Shown here one piece after another: positions 13,201 to 25,200 of a stretch of DNA of 64,000 nucleotides. This stretch comes from Tubulanus polymorphus. Lineage: Eukaryota > Animalia > Nemertea. The translations under genes were made by a program, and so were the position numbers. Positions within the stretch are counted from its first letter, which is position 1, and every line of letters begins with the position of its first letter. The notes below the pieces were generated by a model, which saw only the letters and a list, made by a program, of their open reading frames with translations, was not told the origin of the DNA and made no database searches. The stretch covers positions 11,006,485 through 11,070,484 of the forward strand of contig NC_134027.1 in the NCBI RefSeq assembly GCF_964204645.1, read 5' to 3'.

Positions 13201-16200
13201 GAAAATATTACCGAGAATCTATCGTTTTATGCAATCCATATTTATCGTGCAAGTGTCTTTTGTAGAGGACTCTTTACGTGATTATTCGTAAGATGAAATA
13301 CGACGAATGTTATAATTTTGACGTTGAGGTAGGTTTTCTAATTCCTTGCGATCGCTTAGCAAGTACTCAATGGAGACTTTAGAAGAATTGTTGTTTTTGT
13401 TTTTTCAGGGTGAAGAGGAGGCTATGTTTATGGAGTACAGGAAACAATTGAAAGTTGTTTTCAATAATCTAGCCCAGCTGGTAGGTTGAAGTATAATTCA
13501 GTTTCAAATTAATTTTGTAATTAATTATTTAAGTATGTTAGAAAGCTTATGAATTATTGTGAATGAGAAACACGATCTCTTCAAACAGATGGTGGTGTTA
13601 CTAACAGATGGTTTAGCATTAGCTCAACTCAATTTTTAGTCTCCCAGGCACAACGGAGAAGTCATGACTAGTCCAGAAGTTGTCTTACATCACAAAAGCC
13701 CCTTCGCTGCGTAGATGTTTGAATTGTAATATAATTTCTAAATTCTGGCCACCATCAGAATTCAACAACATAGGGCATACAATGAGCCCATCGCCTGGAG
13801 CCACCAGTCATCCAAGGAGCTAAATCTACTGGTGCAAGTTTCGTCATCTTTCCGAAAAATTCAGAACTAAGTCATCTGGTGTGCGTACATGAGTTCGAAC
13901 AATGGGAGGTGACTGGTGCTAAACAATACTTCCATATGCACATCAAATGCCAAAGCTTGTCATGCGTAGCAAAAAAGTTGAGTTGTTGGTTTGGCTATAG
14001 AAGCATATGGTCTGAGACTGGTCATAAATCAAAGATCAGACTGAAACTGCCCCTCCGAATCAAATATTATTCGAGTCACCATATAGATGGAAGAATGACT
14101 CTCCTACTTAGTATTTGCTATAGTTTAACGAAAAAGAAAATAATTGATTTGATTTTCATTGAAATGAAGAAGAAATTGAAGTTTAGAAGACCATCTAGTC
14201 GAATCATTGGTTGCAACAAATGATAATGAATTGCCACGACGTAGCGGAAATCTGTCAATTTTCAAAAGTAACGTACATTAATAATAATCTTAAAATTTCA
14301 GGATGCACAGCTAGTAATGGTTACTGTACATAACATCGTCAGTCAAACTCTTCCGAACTGGAAAACAGCCGATTTCCGGGATGTCGAAACAGCAATAACC
14401 GTCATGTACATGATTGGAGAAGCTATTCCGGTAAAATGATTTACTTTTGATAATTTAATATCATGTATTTAATTACGTATTGTTGTATTGAATTCTTTTA
14501 TCCTGATACCATCAATTTCAAATGAGATCGATGTTTAGAATGTGGCTATCTTCAAACAAAATGTTAAAGAGAAAAATGAACTGCATTGCACCTTCACAGT
14601 CATTCAGCTGATGAAACAGTTTCTGGAAAACTGAATGCATGATTTGCTTCACTTTATCTAATATACACATATTCGATGTAACATAATGTATATTTTTGAT
14701 CTTCCGGTATACCAGTGCTATCATATATATCATGAATGGCTTTTCAGCTTTATTTTGAATATTTGGCATAGTTAATCACATCCAGCTAATCAAATTACCC
14801 ATTATCAATGTATGCTGGTATTTTTGTGTGAGGATTTGATTTGCTGCACTGAAAACTGATTTCGTAGATCGCACATTTTTGCCACATGTTAATTTATTTA
14901 TCTAATCCATACCAGTTCTGTCATATATTGCGTGTGGCTTTTCAGCTTTATTTTGAATGTTTGGCTTAGTCAATGATCTAAGTTAGTATAAGCAAATCAC
15001 ATTAGCCTTTATCAATGGATGTTAATGGCTGGTGTTTTTGCGTGAGGATTTGGTTTGCTTCTTTTAAAACTGATTTATTAGATTTTAGCACATTTTTGTC
15101 AAACGATGATTGAATGGAAATTTTTGATGAGCACGTATGAAGCGACCTAAAGCCTTAAAGCTGTAAGCGCATGATATGGTATTGGCATTCACCAGATGGC
15201 GTCACAAAACACTAACATATAAGATTACATATAAGATTAGCTTTCTCACTCAGCGTATGGTATAGCGTACAGTATAGGATTTCACTTTAAATTGATTTTT
15301 ACTATTACCCTACTCAACTTATCTCATAACAGTAAATGAGAAAAGTTGACTGGAATTTATATGAAATGTTTCGGGAATTGAAGCGCGGTAACCCAGTAAC
15401 CACTAGCGACACCTGGTGGAATCCTCGTTGCCACAAAACCCTATTGCCAAAACATCCATAAAGGTGATTTAACGAACTGATTTGGCATCAGTTCCTTTGT
15501 CTGTCCGCTATGGAAGTTCTGTAACACCGTGAAGGCATAAATCAAATCATCCGAACTTCTTTTCACATCAGACGTAGTACATTTTTCATGCTTTTCACAT
15601 AAATTTGCGCTTCATCGTAGTTCGAGATGATTGTTTGCTAGCTTTCATCTCGGTGTATAATCTATCGGCTTCGGGGATCAGTTCGTTTTTTTGGTGACCG
15701 ATGTATTTTGTGACTAATAGACTTTCTCGAAACGTTTTCAGCTTGATGTCCTGAGTACATGTGTTTTACAGATACCGCAAGGTCAGTCACTGACGGCCAG
15801 CGATACGAAATTAGCAGTCATGAATCAACTGATGAGAGTGGTAAGCGATATGTTGTGAATGTACGAACAAGGACCAGCAGCCATATTCATAAAAAAGTTG
15901 TCTTACTCAGTTGGTTGCTAACTACGTAGCTAAACTATGGGTAGTAAGGAACCATGCTAGAAAGTAGACTTAGTAAGGTTTTATGGATACGGCTGCTGGT
16001 AGACCATCGGCTATACCCTACTGCATTACACCACTAGAATATCTTGCTCGCTTCTTCGAGTTCATCGAAGCCATTTTTGATTAGATCTGAATTAATTTTA
16101 GCCGGCCACATACAGATATAAACTCAAGTGGATCTTAAGGGTATAAATCTATATGTATATATAGGCTGATTTCTTAGTCATTCATTTAAATTTCGCGAAA

Positions 16201-19200
16201 AAACATGGTTAGATTCTGAGTTAACTCCTAACCTGTTTAATTGGTGCAGTTAAAGTGGCTTCCTGTTGATCTATTATTTTGGTTAAGTTGCACTTATGCT
16301 AAGAATTGATTTCTTTAATAAATGTAATTTTGAGGGTCATTGGTGGCCTGGAGTGTTTTTCAGAATTGAATAGGCTGCACAGACAGCAATAAGACAGCCC
16401 GTTGTCTTGACCCCAGTGGCCAAGCTTGTTTACTGATATTGCCACCTATCAGTGTTTATACAAACTAGTAAAGAGGCGAAAATAACAATAGCACGTATAA
16501 ACTATAAGTTATCTCGTCCTAAACGGTGACATAAAAGTTGGCTTGGACGAACTCGGGCAAACCTTGCAGACCTGACTGATACTCACTTATCTCGGAAACA
16601 CGACCATGTCCTCATTTAGAATTGTCTACTTGAATACGTTGAATCGAGTGCAGCCTGATTGAAATCTTTCTTGCAGTTGGTCACAAGTGGAGTAAGCAGT
16701 CACCCACACACTAAAGTTCTCATACAGTTTTACGAGACTGTCGTGCGTTACGATAAGTTCTTCACACAAGAGCCGGAACACATCGCTCCAGTGCTGGTGA
16801 GTCGGAAGAAAATATTTTCAAAATTTACGATTTATTTCGATGGCATATTTACGTAGACAATTATCCATTACATAGATGGCGTTCTTAGACGAGCGAGGAT
16901 TGCGCAACTCTTCCGTTCAGGTCGCAAGTCGTGTCACGTATCTGTTTTCAAGATTTGTCAAATCTCTGAGGTAAGGGCACATTATAGTAGTAGAACTCGC
17001 TTAATTCTGATTTTTTAATCCGGATTTTCACTTAATTTGGATGAAATATTTGGTCCATTTAACCTGGAACTGTGTAAACTATTATCCTTCGGATTTTACT
17101 TACCGGTAATTCAAAGTAATCTGGGCAGTCAAAATCATGTAGTGTCCCTACTCAGCCTAGGTTTGATTGAACCTGGGCGACATGGTTTCCACAGTACAGG
17201 GAACTTGGGAAAAACTTGGGAATTGTGAAACAATATATTTCCGTCGAGTACTGTACCCTTTCCTATGGTTTTTGCCAATATTTTCTAAATTTGGATTGAT
17301 CGCCAATGGTTTTTCTATACGACCCGGCCCTGCGGTATTGCATTTAGCCACCGGCGAAATCCGCCATCTTTTTTCTTGGCGTTCTCGCAGTAAAACGCGT
17401 TGGATTTTTTCGCCGTAAAAATCTGGGAATTAGGATATTAGGGAGTTTTCACTCTCATAACGGTGAGTCCGTTCGGTTTGGGGGTTATCCCTGGTTTCTT
17501 TTTTTCCGTAAGAATTTTATTTACAAATATAATCTGATTGAATTGAATTGTTTTGATTTGTAACAGGATAATTATGCCACCCCCTCCTAAGGGTCAGCAT
17601 CGTGGCGGGAGGGATGCGGGCATTTGTTTGGCGCCTGGGACAACCACGATTCATGTGCGTCGTGCAGGCGCAAATCCGGTCAAATATGTGCAAGGAGCAA
17701 TCCTTGCAAGATTTGCGTCGTGTGGTCCGAGGACCTTTGGCTTCGGGCCGATAAGGCTCTTAAACTAAGAGATCGTCGTCGAGTTAGCAGGGATTCGTCG
17801 GTTTCGGCCGACGTGCCAACCAACGTTTCTAATCCTGTTTCTTATCGTAAAGCGGAGCGGTCGCCGGTCGTTCAGGTACGATCGGCTTCCCAACTCCGTT
17901 CACCGGGGAGGAACGCTGGTTCACCGGCACCGGTCTCCGGTCATTCACCGGTCTCTGGTCGTTCACCGGTTCGGCCGGTTCGGCCGGTTCAGACTACATG
18001 TTCAGAACCGAGCGTGCGCCGCGGTAGTCGCGAACGGCCCGCACCGGTTCGGTCGGTACCGGTCCGGTCCGGGCACCGGTCCGGTCCAGACGTCCGGTTC
18101 AAAACATCCGGTACGTTCATCGTCTGATTCTGATCGTCGCTCCGGGGATAGAGCTCGCTCTCCCACTAGATTTAGACGCCGTGAGCGTAATAAACGAGCA
18201 AGATCTTCTTCTCGCAGATCAAGGTTTGATCGCGAGAGGGACTACCATCGTTATTGTCGGAAGTTTCGCCGTCGGTCTTCTCGTCGTTCGTCGACGTCGG
18301 TTAGCGATGAAAGCGATTCTTCTAGTAGGTCTAGATCCCGTTCGAGGGACCGTCACCAAAGTCGGCATGATCGTCGGGATTCTGGAAAATACCTGACTCA
18401 GAAGGATTTCCATGTATTTGAGGAGAAAATTTTAAACTTGTTATCTTCGTCGCAACAAGTCGCTGCAACCTCTACAACAGGTAAGCCTATTCCTGATTGT
18501 CCGGTTAGAAGTTCGCCAGCCCAAAGTTTTTCGGAATTCTGACTCTGAATTCCTGGATGCTGCGGTAGGGTCTGATTTCAATGAGGATCCGGTCCCAGAA
18601 GCGGCAATTCCTTCTGGGGTCGTTCCTGTCGCGAGCAATTGTGGGTTGCCCCAGACGATGGGGGCTTCCCTGGCTCGCAATGTATCTCCGTCCCGTTCAG
18701 TTTTATCCGAACCAGCGGGGGACATGCCATTTAGAGCGATGATAAGTGAGTTCTTTGTCAAGCACGGGGCAACTCGCGCTAAGCCCACAGCAGCTCCTCT
18801 GGTCGGTGAGTCAATGGAAGCTTATCGCCCTCCGGACTCCGATCTTAACGTTTTACGGGAATCGTCAGCGGTTTCGAGAGAATGGGCTCGATTGGATACG
18901 CAATTATGGGGTGAATGTCGGCCTGGAACATTTTCATTTCCCCCTCCAGAACGGGGTATGAAATCTGGGAAACATTTTAGTTCAACCGATCCACCTATAG
19001 GCGCATTTCGCTCGGCGTATTACGCAACTCCAGGTGCTGTGGATCACAGTCATAACTGCCTGGATGCTGATTATACTTTGATCAGCCCGCATACTGTTAC
19101 AGCACAGTCGGGTATTCGTTTGCCTAAGTCCGGTTTGGTGGCCATGACGTCAATCCTGGACAATCTTACCAGGGTTGGTTCGTTTCAAGATATGGCACTT

Positions 19201-22200
19201 AAGGTGTTGACGGGTGAGCTTCGCGAGATCACGCCGCCGTTCATGCGGGCTCCGACCCAGAGTCAGTTGCCCTAAAACTGGAGCGAATGGACCGGATTAT
19301 CCAATCTTTGGCTCGGTCTGTTTTCGCATGTAATTCCGTTGTCGGTTCGGGGTCAGGCTAATCTGGTGTTAGCCTCCCGTCAGTCAGTGATGGACTCCAG
19401 TTCCAAAACTGGTCTACCGGATATGGTGTCCAATGCTTTGCTGAGAGCCCCATTGGGGACGTCTTCACGTCTCTTCTCCGGTTGGTGCGCTCCGGTTTCC
19501 GCAGAGCTGAGGAAGATTCGGGAGGTTCAGGCCAAGTCCAACCCCCGAACTCCGTGGAAAAAGGGTTCTGGTCCGACGCCGGCGGCGCAAGGTTCGGCAC
19601 GGACGCAAACAGGACCATCTCAAACTTCAGCGCTTTCTCAGGCGGCTTCGGATGCCGGTTGGAGAACTAGCGCGCAACTTCAACAATCGTGTCAAGCCTC
19701 GTCCGGTCGTAACAGTTCCTGTTCGTATCGAGGCAAGGGGAAGGCTCCAAAAAGGGGCTCTTCCTTTCGGAAAAACTCGAAATGAATTCTTGGGACTAGT
19801 GGGAGGTTGTCTACAGCAGGCAGCAACCCACTGGTCCGACCTCTTTGGAGACGGTTGGCCCTCCCGGGTCGTCTCTCGTGGCTACCGTCTCCGTTTCCTA
19901 AGGCGACCGCGCCTGATGAGGTCACCTCCCGACATGCGGCCAAAACCAGGTCAGGAGGCCTTAATCTCTCCGGCTCTCAAGGAATTGGCCGAGAAGGGAG
20001 CGATAGAACCAGTTTGCAACGAAACTTCTCCCGGCTGGTTTTCTTGAATATTCATGGTACCAAAGGCCACAGGGGGTCAACGGACAGTGATAGATCTGTC
20101 ATCCCTCAATCGGCACCTAGACATTCCAAGGTTCCGGATGACCAAGCCCAAGGACGTGATTCAAGGGCTCCGTCCGGGTCAATGGGCGGCTTCATTGGAC
20201 CTGAAAGATGCTTACTTTCAGGTTCCAGTTCACCCAAAATCTCGGCGATTTCTCAGGAGAAAGTGGAAAGGCCGCCAGTTCCAATTCAGGTCTCTTCCAT
20301 TCGGCCTCAGTACGGCCCCGTGGGTTTTCACCAAGTTGGTCAAGTCAGTTCAGTAGGTACTTCAGTCAAGGGGTGTTCGACTGTTCGTTTACCTCGATGA
20401 CTGGTTAATAGTCGCGATTTTGGCTCAGGAATGTCGGGAGGCAATGACCTCAGTCTTGGACTTAGTCCATCAGCTAGGGTTCCGCGTAAACAGGGAAAGG
20501 CAAAGTCTTTCCGTCTATGGTTCGAGTAGCCAAACTTCAAGAAGCTGTAGCGGGAGTGTCCACAACCCCGAGTTGTTACTGGTCACGGCTTCTAGGCTCC
20601 ATCAGCTCCATGGGTCTGGTGGTGCCCTTAGGCCGCCTCAGAAGCAGGCGCTTGCAACAATATTGGAAGGTCTTCTGGTCTCAGTCGAAGGGCAACTGGG
20701 AGGCCTTGATTCCCGTACCTCCAACCGATCTAAGTCCGGATCTTCAGTGGTGGGCGGCAACTACGAATCTTCGGCTCGGGGTGTCACTAGCCCCGTTAGA
20801 GGCTCCAGTTCGTGTATTCACGGATGCCAGTCACCAAGGATGGGGGGCACATCTGGAGAACCGAGTCAAAGCCGGGAGATGGTCTCGCTACGAGGCCACC
20901 AACCACATAAATTTCCTAGAAATGCTGGCCGTGTGGAAGGTCCTGAAGTTCTTTCACAGGAGAGTGGAGGGCCACCACGTTTGGTTAGCCACAGACAATT
21001 CAACAGTGAGGGCTTACCTTCAGAACCAAGGGGGCACTCACTCAGAAACCCTCACAGGTCTGTCGGCCAAAATTCTGTGGCCGCCCTTTGTCTGGTGCCA
21101 GACAAAGGGCGTGTTCCTGACTGTGGCACATTTAGCAGGGAAAAGGAACGTGATGGCCGATGCTCTGTCTCGTCGAGGTCAGGCTATTGCGACAGAATGG
21201 GTTCTCCACCAAGAAGTAGCCGATCGGGTTCGGGGCATTTTTGGCAATCCGCTGCTGGATCTGTTTGCCACCCGGTTCAATCGGAGGTGTCCTCTGTTTG
21301 TGTCCCCGTTTCCAGACGCGGAAGCGTGGGGGGTCAATGCCTTCTCTCTGGACTGGTCGGGGATGCATGCATATGCGTTCCCGCCCACACCAGTCCTGCC
21401 GCGCTTACTGGATCAAATAGAGAGATCAGTCAATTGCAACATAGTTCTGGCAGCACCATGTTGGCCGGCTCAGAAATGGTTCCTACCACTTCTCAACCTA
21501 CTGTGCGACAACCTCAGGATTCTTCCGAATTTCCCATCGCTTCTGTCTCAGGGGAACTTTCGGCATCATCCAAACAGCCAGTGGTTAAATCTGCTCGCCT
21601 GGCCATTGTCCAGCGATCCTTGTCAGCTTCAGGCTTTTCAGAACAGGCTGCCTCCTTTATCGCAGGATCTAAGCGGCCATCAACAAGTACCATTTACGAT
21701 GCCAAATGGAGTCAGTTTGCGGATTGGTGTGCTGCAGGGGAAATTGATCCATGCTCACCCTCTGTAGCTCAATTGGCAGATTTTTTACTGCACTTATTTG
21801 TAGTAAAAGGTTTGCAGGTCATAACTATTAAAGGTTACCGCTCCGCGATTTCTCATACATTGCGTGCTTCTTGATGGCCAAATGTAGCAGGGGATCATCG
21901 GATATCCCAGCTGGTTGCAGGGTTTTCTATTTCCAGGCATCGGGTAACAAGGACAGTTCCACTATGGGATCTGTCTGTAATTTTGAGGAAGTTAATGGAG
22001 GCTCCATTTGAACCTCTTTCGGCAGCGTCATTTGCAAATTTGTCAAAAAAGACTGTATTTTTGCTGTTCTTGGCTTGCTCGGCCCGTCGCTCTGAAATTC
22101 ATGCGCTTTCAGTCCGACAAGGTCATATTGTCTTTGGGCCAGCGAATGAATTTGTTTCGCTGCGGCCTGCTTTGGAATTTTTGGCAAAGAACCAACGACC

Positions 22201-25200
22201 CTGCTCGGTTGGGCGTCAATGGCGAATTGAAGCCCTAAAACATCGAGTGGAACCGGGCATCCCGGACAGGACTTTATGTCCTGTGCGGGCGTTGTGTTTC
22301 TATTTAGATCGCTCTGCTTCACGGAGGGGTTCACGGGAGCGGTTATTTATTCCGCTGCTGGATCACCTAAAGGGTGATATTTCGCGGGACACAGTGGCCC
22401 GATGGGTCTCTTCACTGATCAAAGACATTTTATTGAAGGAGAATCTTTCCTCAGAGGGAGTGGTTTCTCATCAAGTGAGGTCTATGGCTACTTCCTGCGC
22501 AGCCTTTTCGGGTGCTCCGTTGGAGGAAGTCTGTCGGGCCGCCTTTTGGAATTCACCGTCGACATTCACGTCATTTTATTTACGGGATGTTTCAGGCCAG
22601 TTAGGCTCATTAGCTTCACTTGGTCCTGTTGTCATGGCTCAAGGTGTCCGTTCTTTCCGATCGGACCCTTTAGTGTAGAATATTTATGTTGCATTATCAG
22701 GATCACAGGGGGTGTATCCTTGTACATAGTTTGGGCTCATATCTGCAAGTATTAATTTCGCAAAATTCTGGGGGGGCCCCTGAGCTGGACGGACTCACTG
22801 TGGCCAACCGGTCTTCCCTGTGCTACAGTGCTCCATTCCGTGCTTGGGTAAGTGCTCTCTTTTTCCCTCTTACCTTGCGTTTGAGCGGTGGTTTTTCTAT
22901 CTACCTTTCCCACCATCCTTGTGCTAGGCTAGTCTAGCAAAAACCATAGGAAAGGGTACAGTACTCGACGGAAATATTACAATTTTTGGAACTAAAATTT
23001 GTATTTCCGAGTAGTACTTACCCTTTCCTATGGTGGGAATCCCGCCCACCTGCCCCGCATAGCTGGTTTTTTTTTGGTCTGCTATGACGTAAAAAGATGG
23101 CGGATTTCGCCGGTGGCTAAATGCAATACAGCAGGGCCGGGTCGTATAGAAAAACCATTGGCGATCAATCCAAATTTAGAAAATATTGGCAAAAACCATA
23201 GGAAAGGGTAAGTACTACTCGGAAATACAAATTTTAGTTCCAAAAATTGTAATTTTTCAGTTTGGAAATATTTGGGAATTTGAAAAATTTTCCTCAAATC
23301 AAGGAAATACTTGGGAATTTCGTTTACATTTCACGTATTGCATTGGCCAAGGGCAACTTTCTTCAGCAATTATCCTTCAGAATCACCACTGAAATGTTGA
23401 CTAATATTATGATGGTATCTGTTCATTTCCATTTGGGAAAATTGAAAAAAATCACCCATGAAATACTTGGGAAAAACTTGGAAATTTCTAATTAATGTAA
23501 CTGTGTGAACCATGTGCACGAGTGACCTTGATTTGGATGGGGATGTTTTCCAAAATGTATTTACCCGTCGTTTTCATTTACAGAACGAATTTGAATGCGT
23601 ACACAGAGGAGATACTTACTCGAATGCAGGATCTGCTCGTATTGAATACGCCGGATAACGGCTGCTATCACCGATTATCTTCCAGCGATCAACAGTTTCT
23701 ATACGAGGCTGCTGGTATACTGATCGTATCCGCACAATTCCCGCCAGAGGTACAGTGTAGACTTGTGCTACGTACGAATTTAAAAACTTAAGTGTTAAAA
23801 CATGTTTTATCGAGAATTGAAAGTGAGGATCTTGTCTCCGTGGCTTGGTGGATTTAGGTGTTTGGCTCACAACCGAGAGGGAGTGTGGGTGCGAATCCCG
23901 GTGAAAGCATGCCATTCAGGCAGGACATATTATAATAGTAATATGTCTTTATTTCGTGCTAAAAGTACGGACTGCAATATATATAATGATTGATACAATT
24001 TGTTTTTACAGAAAAAATCACAAATGATGAAGAATCTGTTGGCGCCGATCGTTACAAAGTTCGACGTGTTGCTTCAAAAAATGATTTTATCGAATGATGA
24101 AACTATGCAGAAACTGTATGCGGAATGTATAAGTGCGGCTATGGCGTTAGCGAGGTAAAAGTGAAGATATTTATAGACATTAGTTCAGTAGTACAATAAC
24201 CACACTCAAACATGGTGAACAGATAATGAGATAAAAACCCACTATGTACAAATTAAAAGAATTCTGAAATCGAGAATTTATTTATTGAAACAATCTAGAA
24301 TGTAAGAACACGACGTTTTGATCTCACCCTAGAGATCATCATCAGGTTTCAATAGATAAATTCTCGATTTTAGAATTCTTTTAATTTGTACGTAGTGGGT
24401 TTTTATCTTATTATTAGTTCAGTATTTTCAATGACTTGACTTGGTCGGTTCATATGCGTGAAAAATATTCTTCAGACTGAGTTCATAGATGATAAGGTTT
24501 GGTAGTGTAAAATACTACGGTAACAAAAATACTGATGACTCTTATCTTAAAACACTGACGTGACCCGAGTCAACTATACTAGTGAACCTGACCTGGCCAA
24601 GCCTTGCTTGACACAAGTGGTATCCTCAATTGCCATGGTAGCCATAAAGATTCCCCATTTAAGTCTGAAAGATTGAAATTGACAGGTTAATATATGCCAT
24701 GACTTTCAGGGGCGGGCACATCCAGACAGGAGCACGTGCTCCCAATGCAATTTTCTCATACCCTTTTAAAAAAAAGCAATGAAATTATTTTCCACTTTTT
24801 GCACCACTATTCATTTCATCGTGCTCTTGTCAAAATGTGCCCCTGGATCCGCCGCTTACTTTTTGACTGTTTCCTAACATCTATCGCCCAGTGGAATGAA
24901 AGTTTTCAGTGTTTTATGTAAGTTTTCATTATATTTTATCTTTCAGTCGTACGAGTAAGGGTTTCTCGAGCCAACAGACGATAAAAACCTGCGGTTGCGC
25001 CGAGGCGTACACCGAAACGTTGAAAGTCTTCCTAGTTGCGTTCAACACGCCGATACATCGGCCGTTACTTCACTCCGGCGTTAGACAATTCCTGCATCGT
25101 ATGGTCGTGTGTTTAGAATCGGAAATTCTGCCGTATATACCGACAGCCTTGGAAAACCTGCTGAAAAATCCCGAGCCAAAAGAGTTGCACGATTTTATTC

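Larger units (their letters stand above)
17235..23253 (+). mobile_element. DIRS1-type tyrosine-recombinase retrotransposon, near full length, ORFs disrupted
   Basis: Inverted terminal repeats 17254-17373 / 23091-23210; ICR at 22937-23034; gag, RT-RNaseH-methyltransferase and YR domains in order; no TSD; higher GC than the host intron. Confidence 0.96.
17181..23514. mobile_element. hAT-like MITE split by the DIRS insertion (halves 17181-17234 and 23254-23514)
   Basis: Ends CATGGTTTCCACAG / CTGTGTGAACCATG are inverted; both halves share ACTTGGGAA subrepeats; no TSD recognisable. Confidence 0.55.

Noticed and set aside
21230-21500. Dam-like methyltransferase as a bacterial horizontal transfer
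   Set aside because: This domain is a known standard component of DIRS1-group pol ORFs.
20420-21560. N-terminal part of the 484-aa ORF as a separate novel protein
   Set aside because: It is the YR reading frame overlapping RNase H/methyltransferase, normal for DIRS elements; only the C-terminal part is recognisable.
23835-23908. tRNA gene (also the tRNA-like stretches at ~46810-46880 and ~63690-63775)
   Set aside because: A/B boxes only; no complete cloverleaf or acceptor stem; embedded in repeats.
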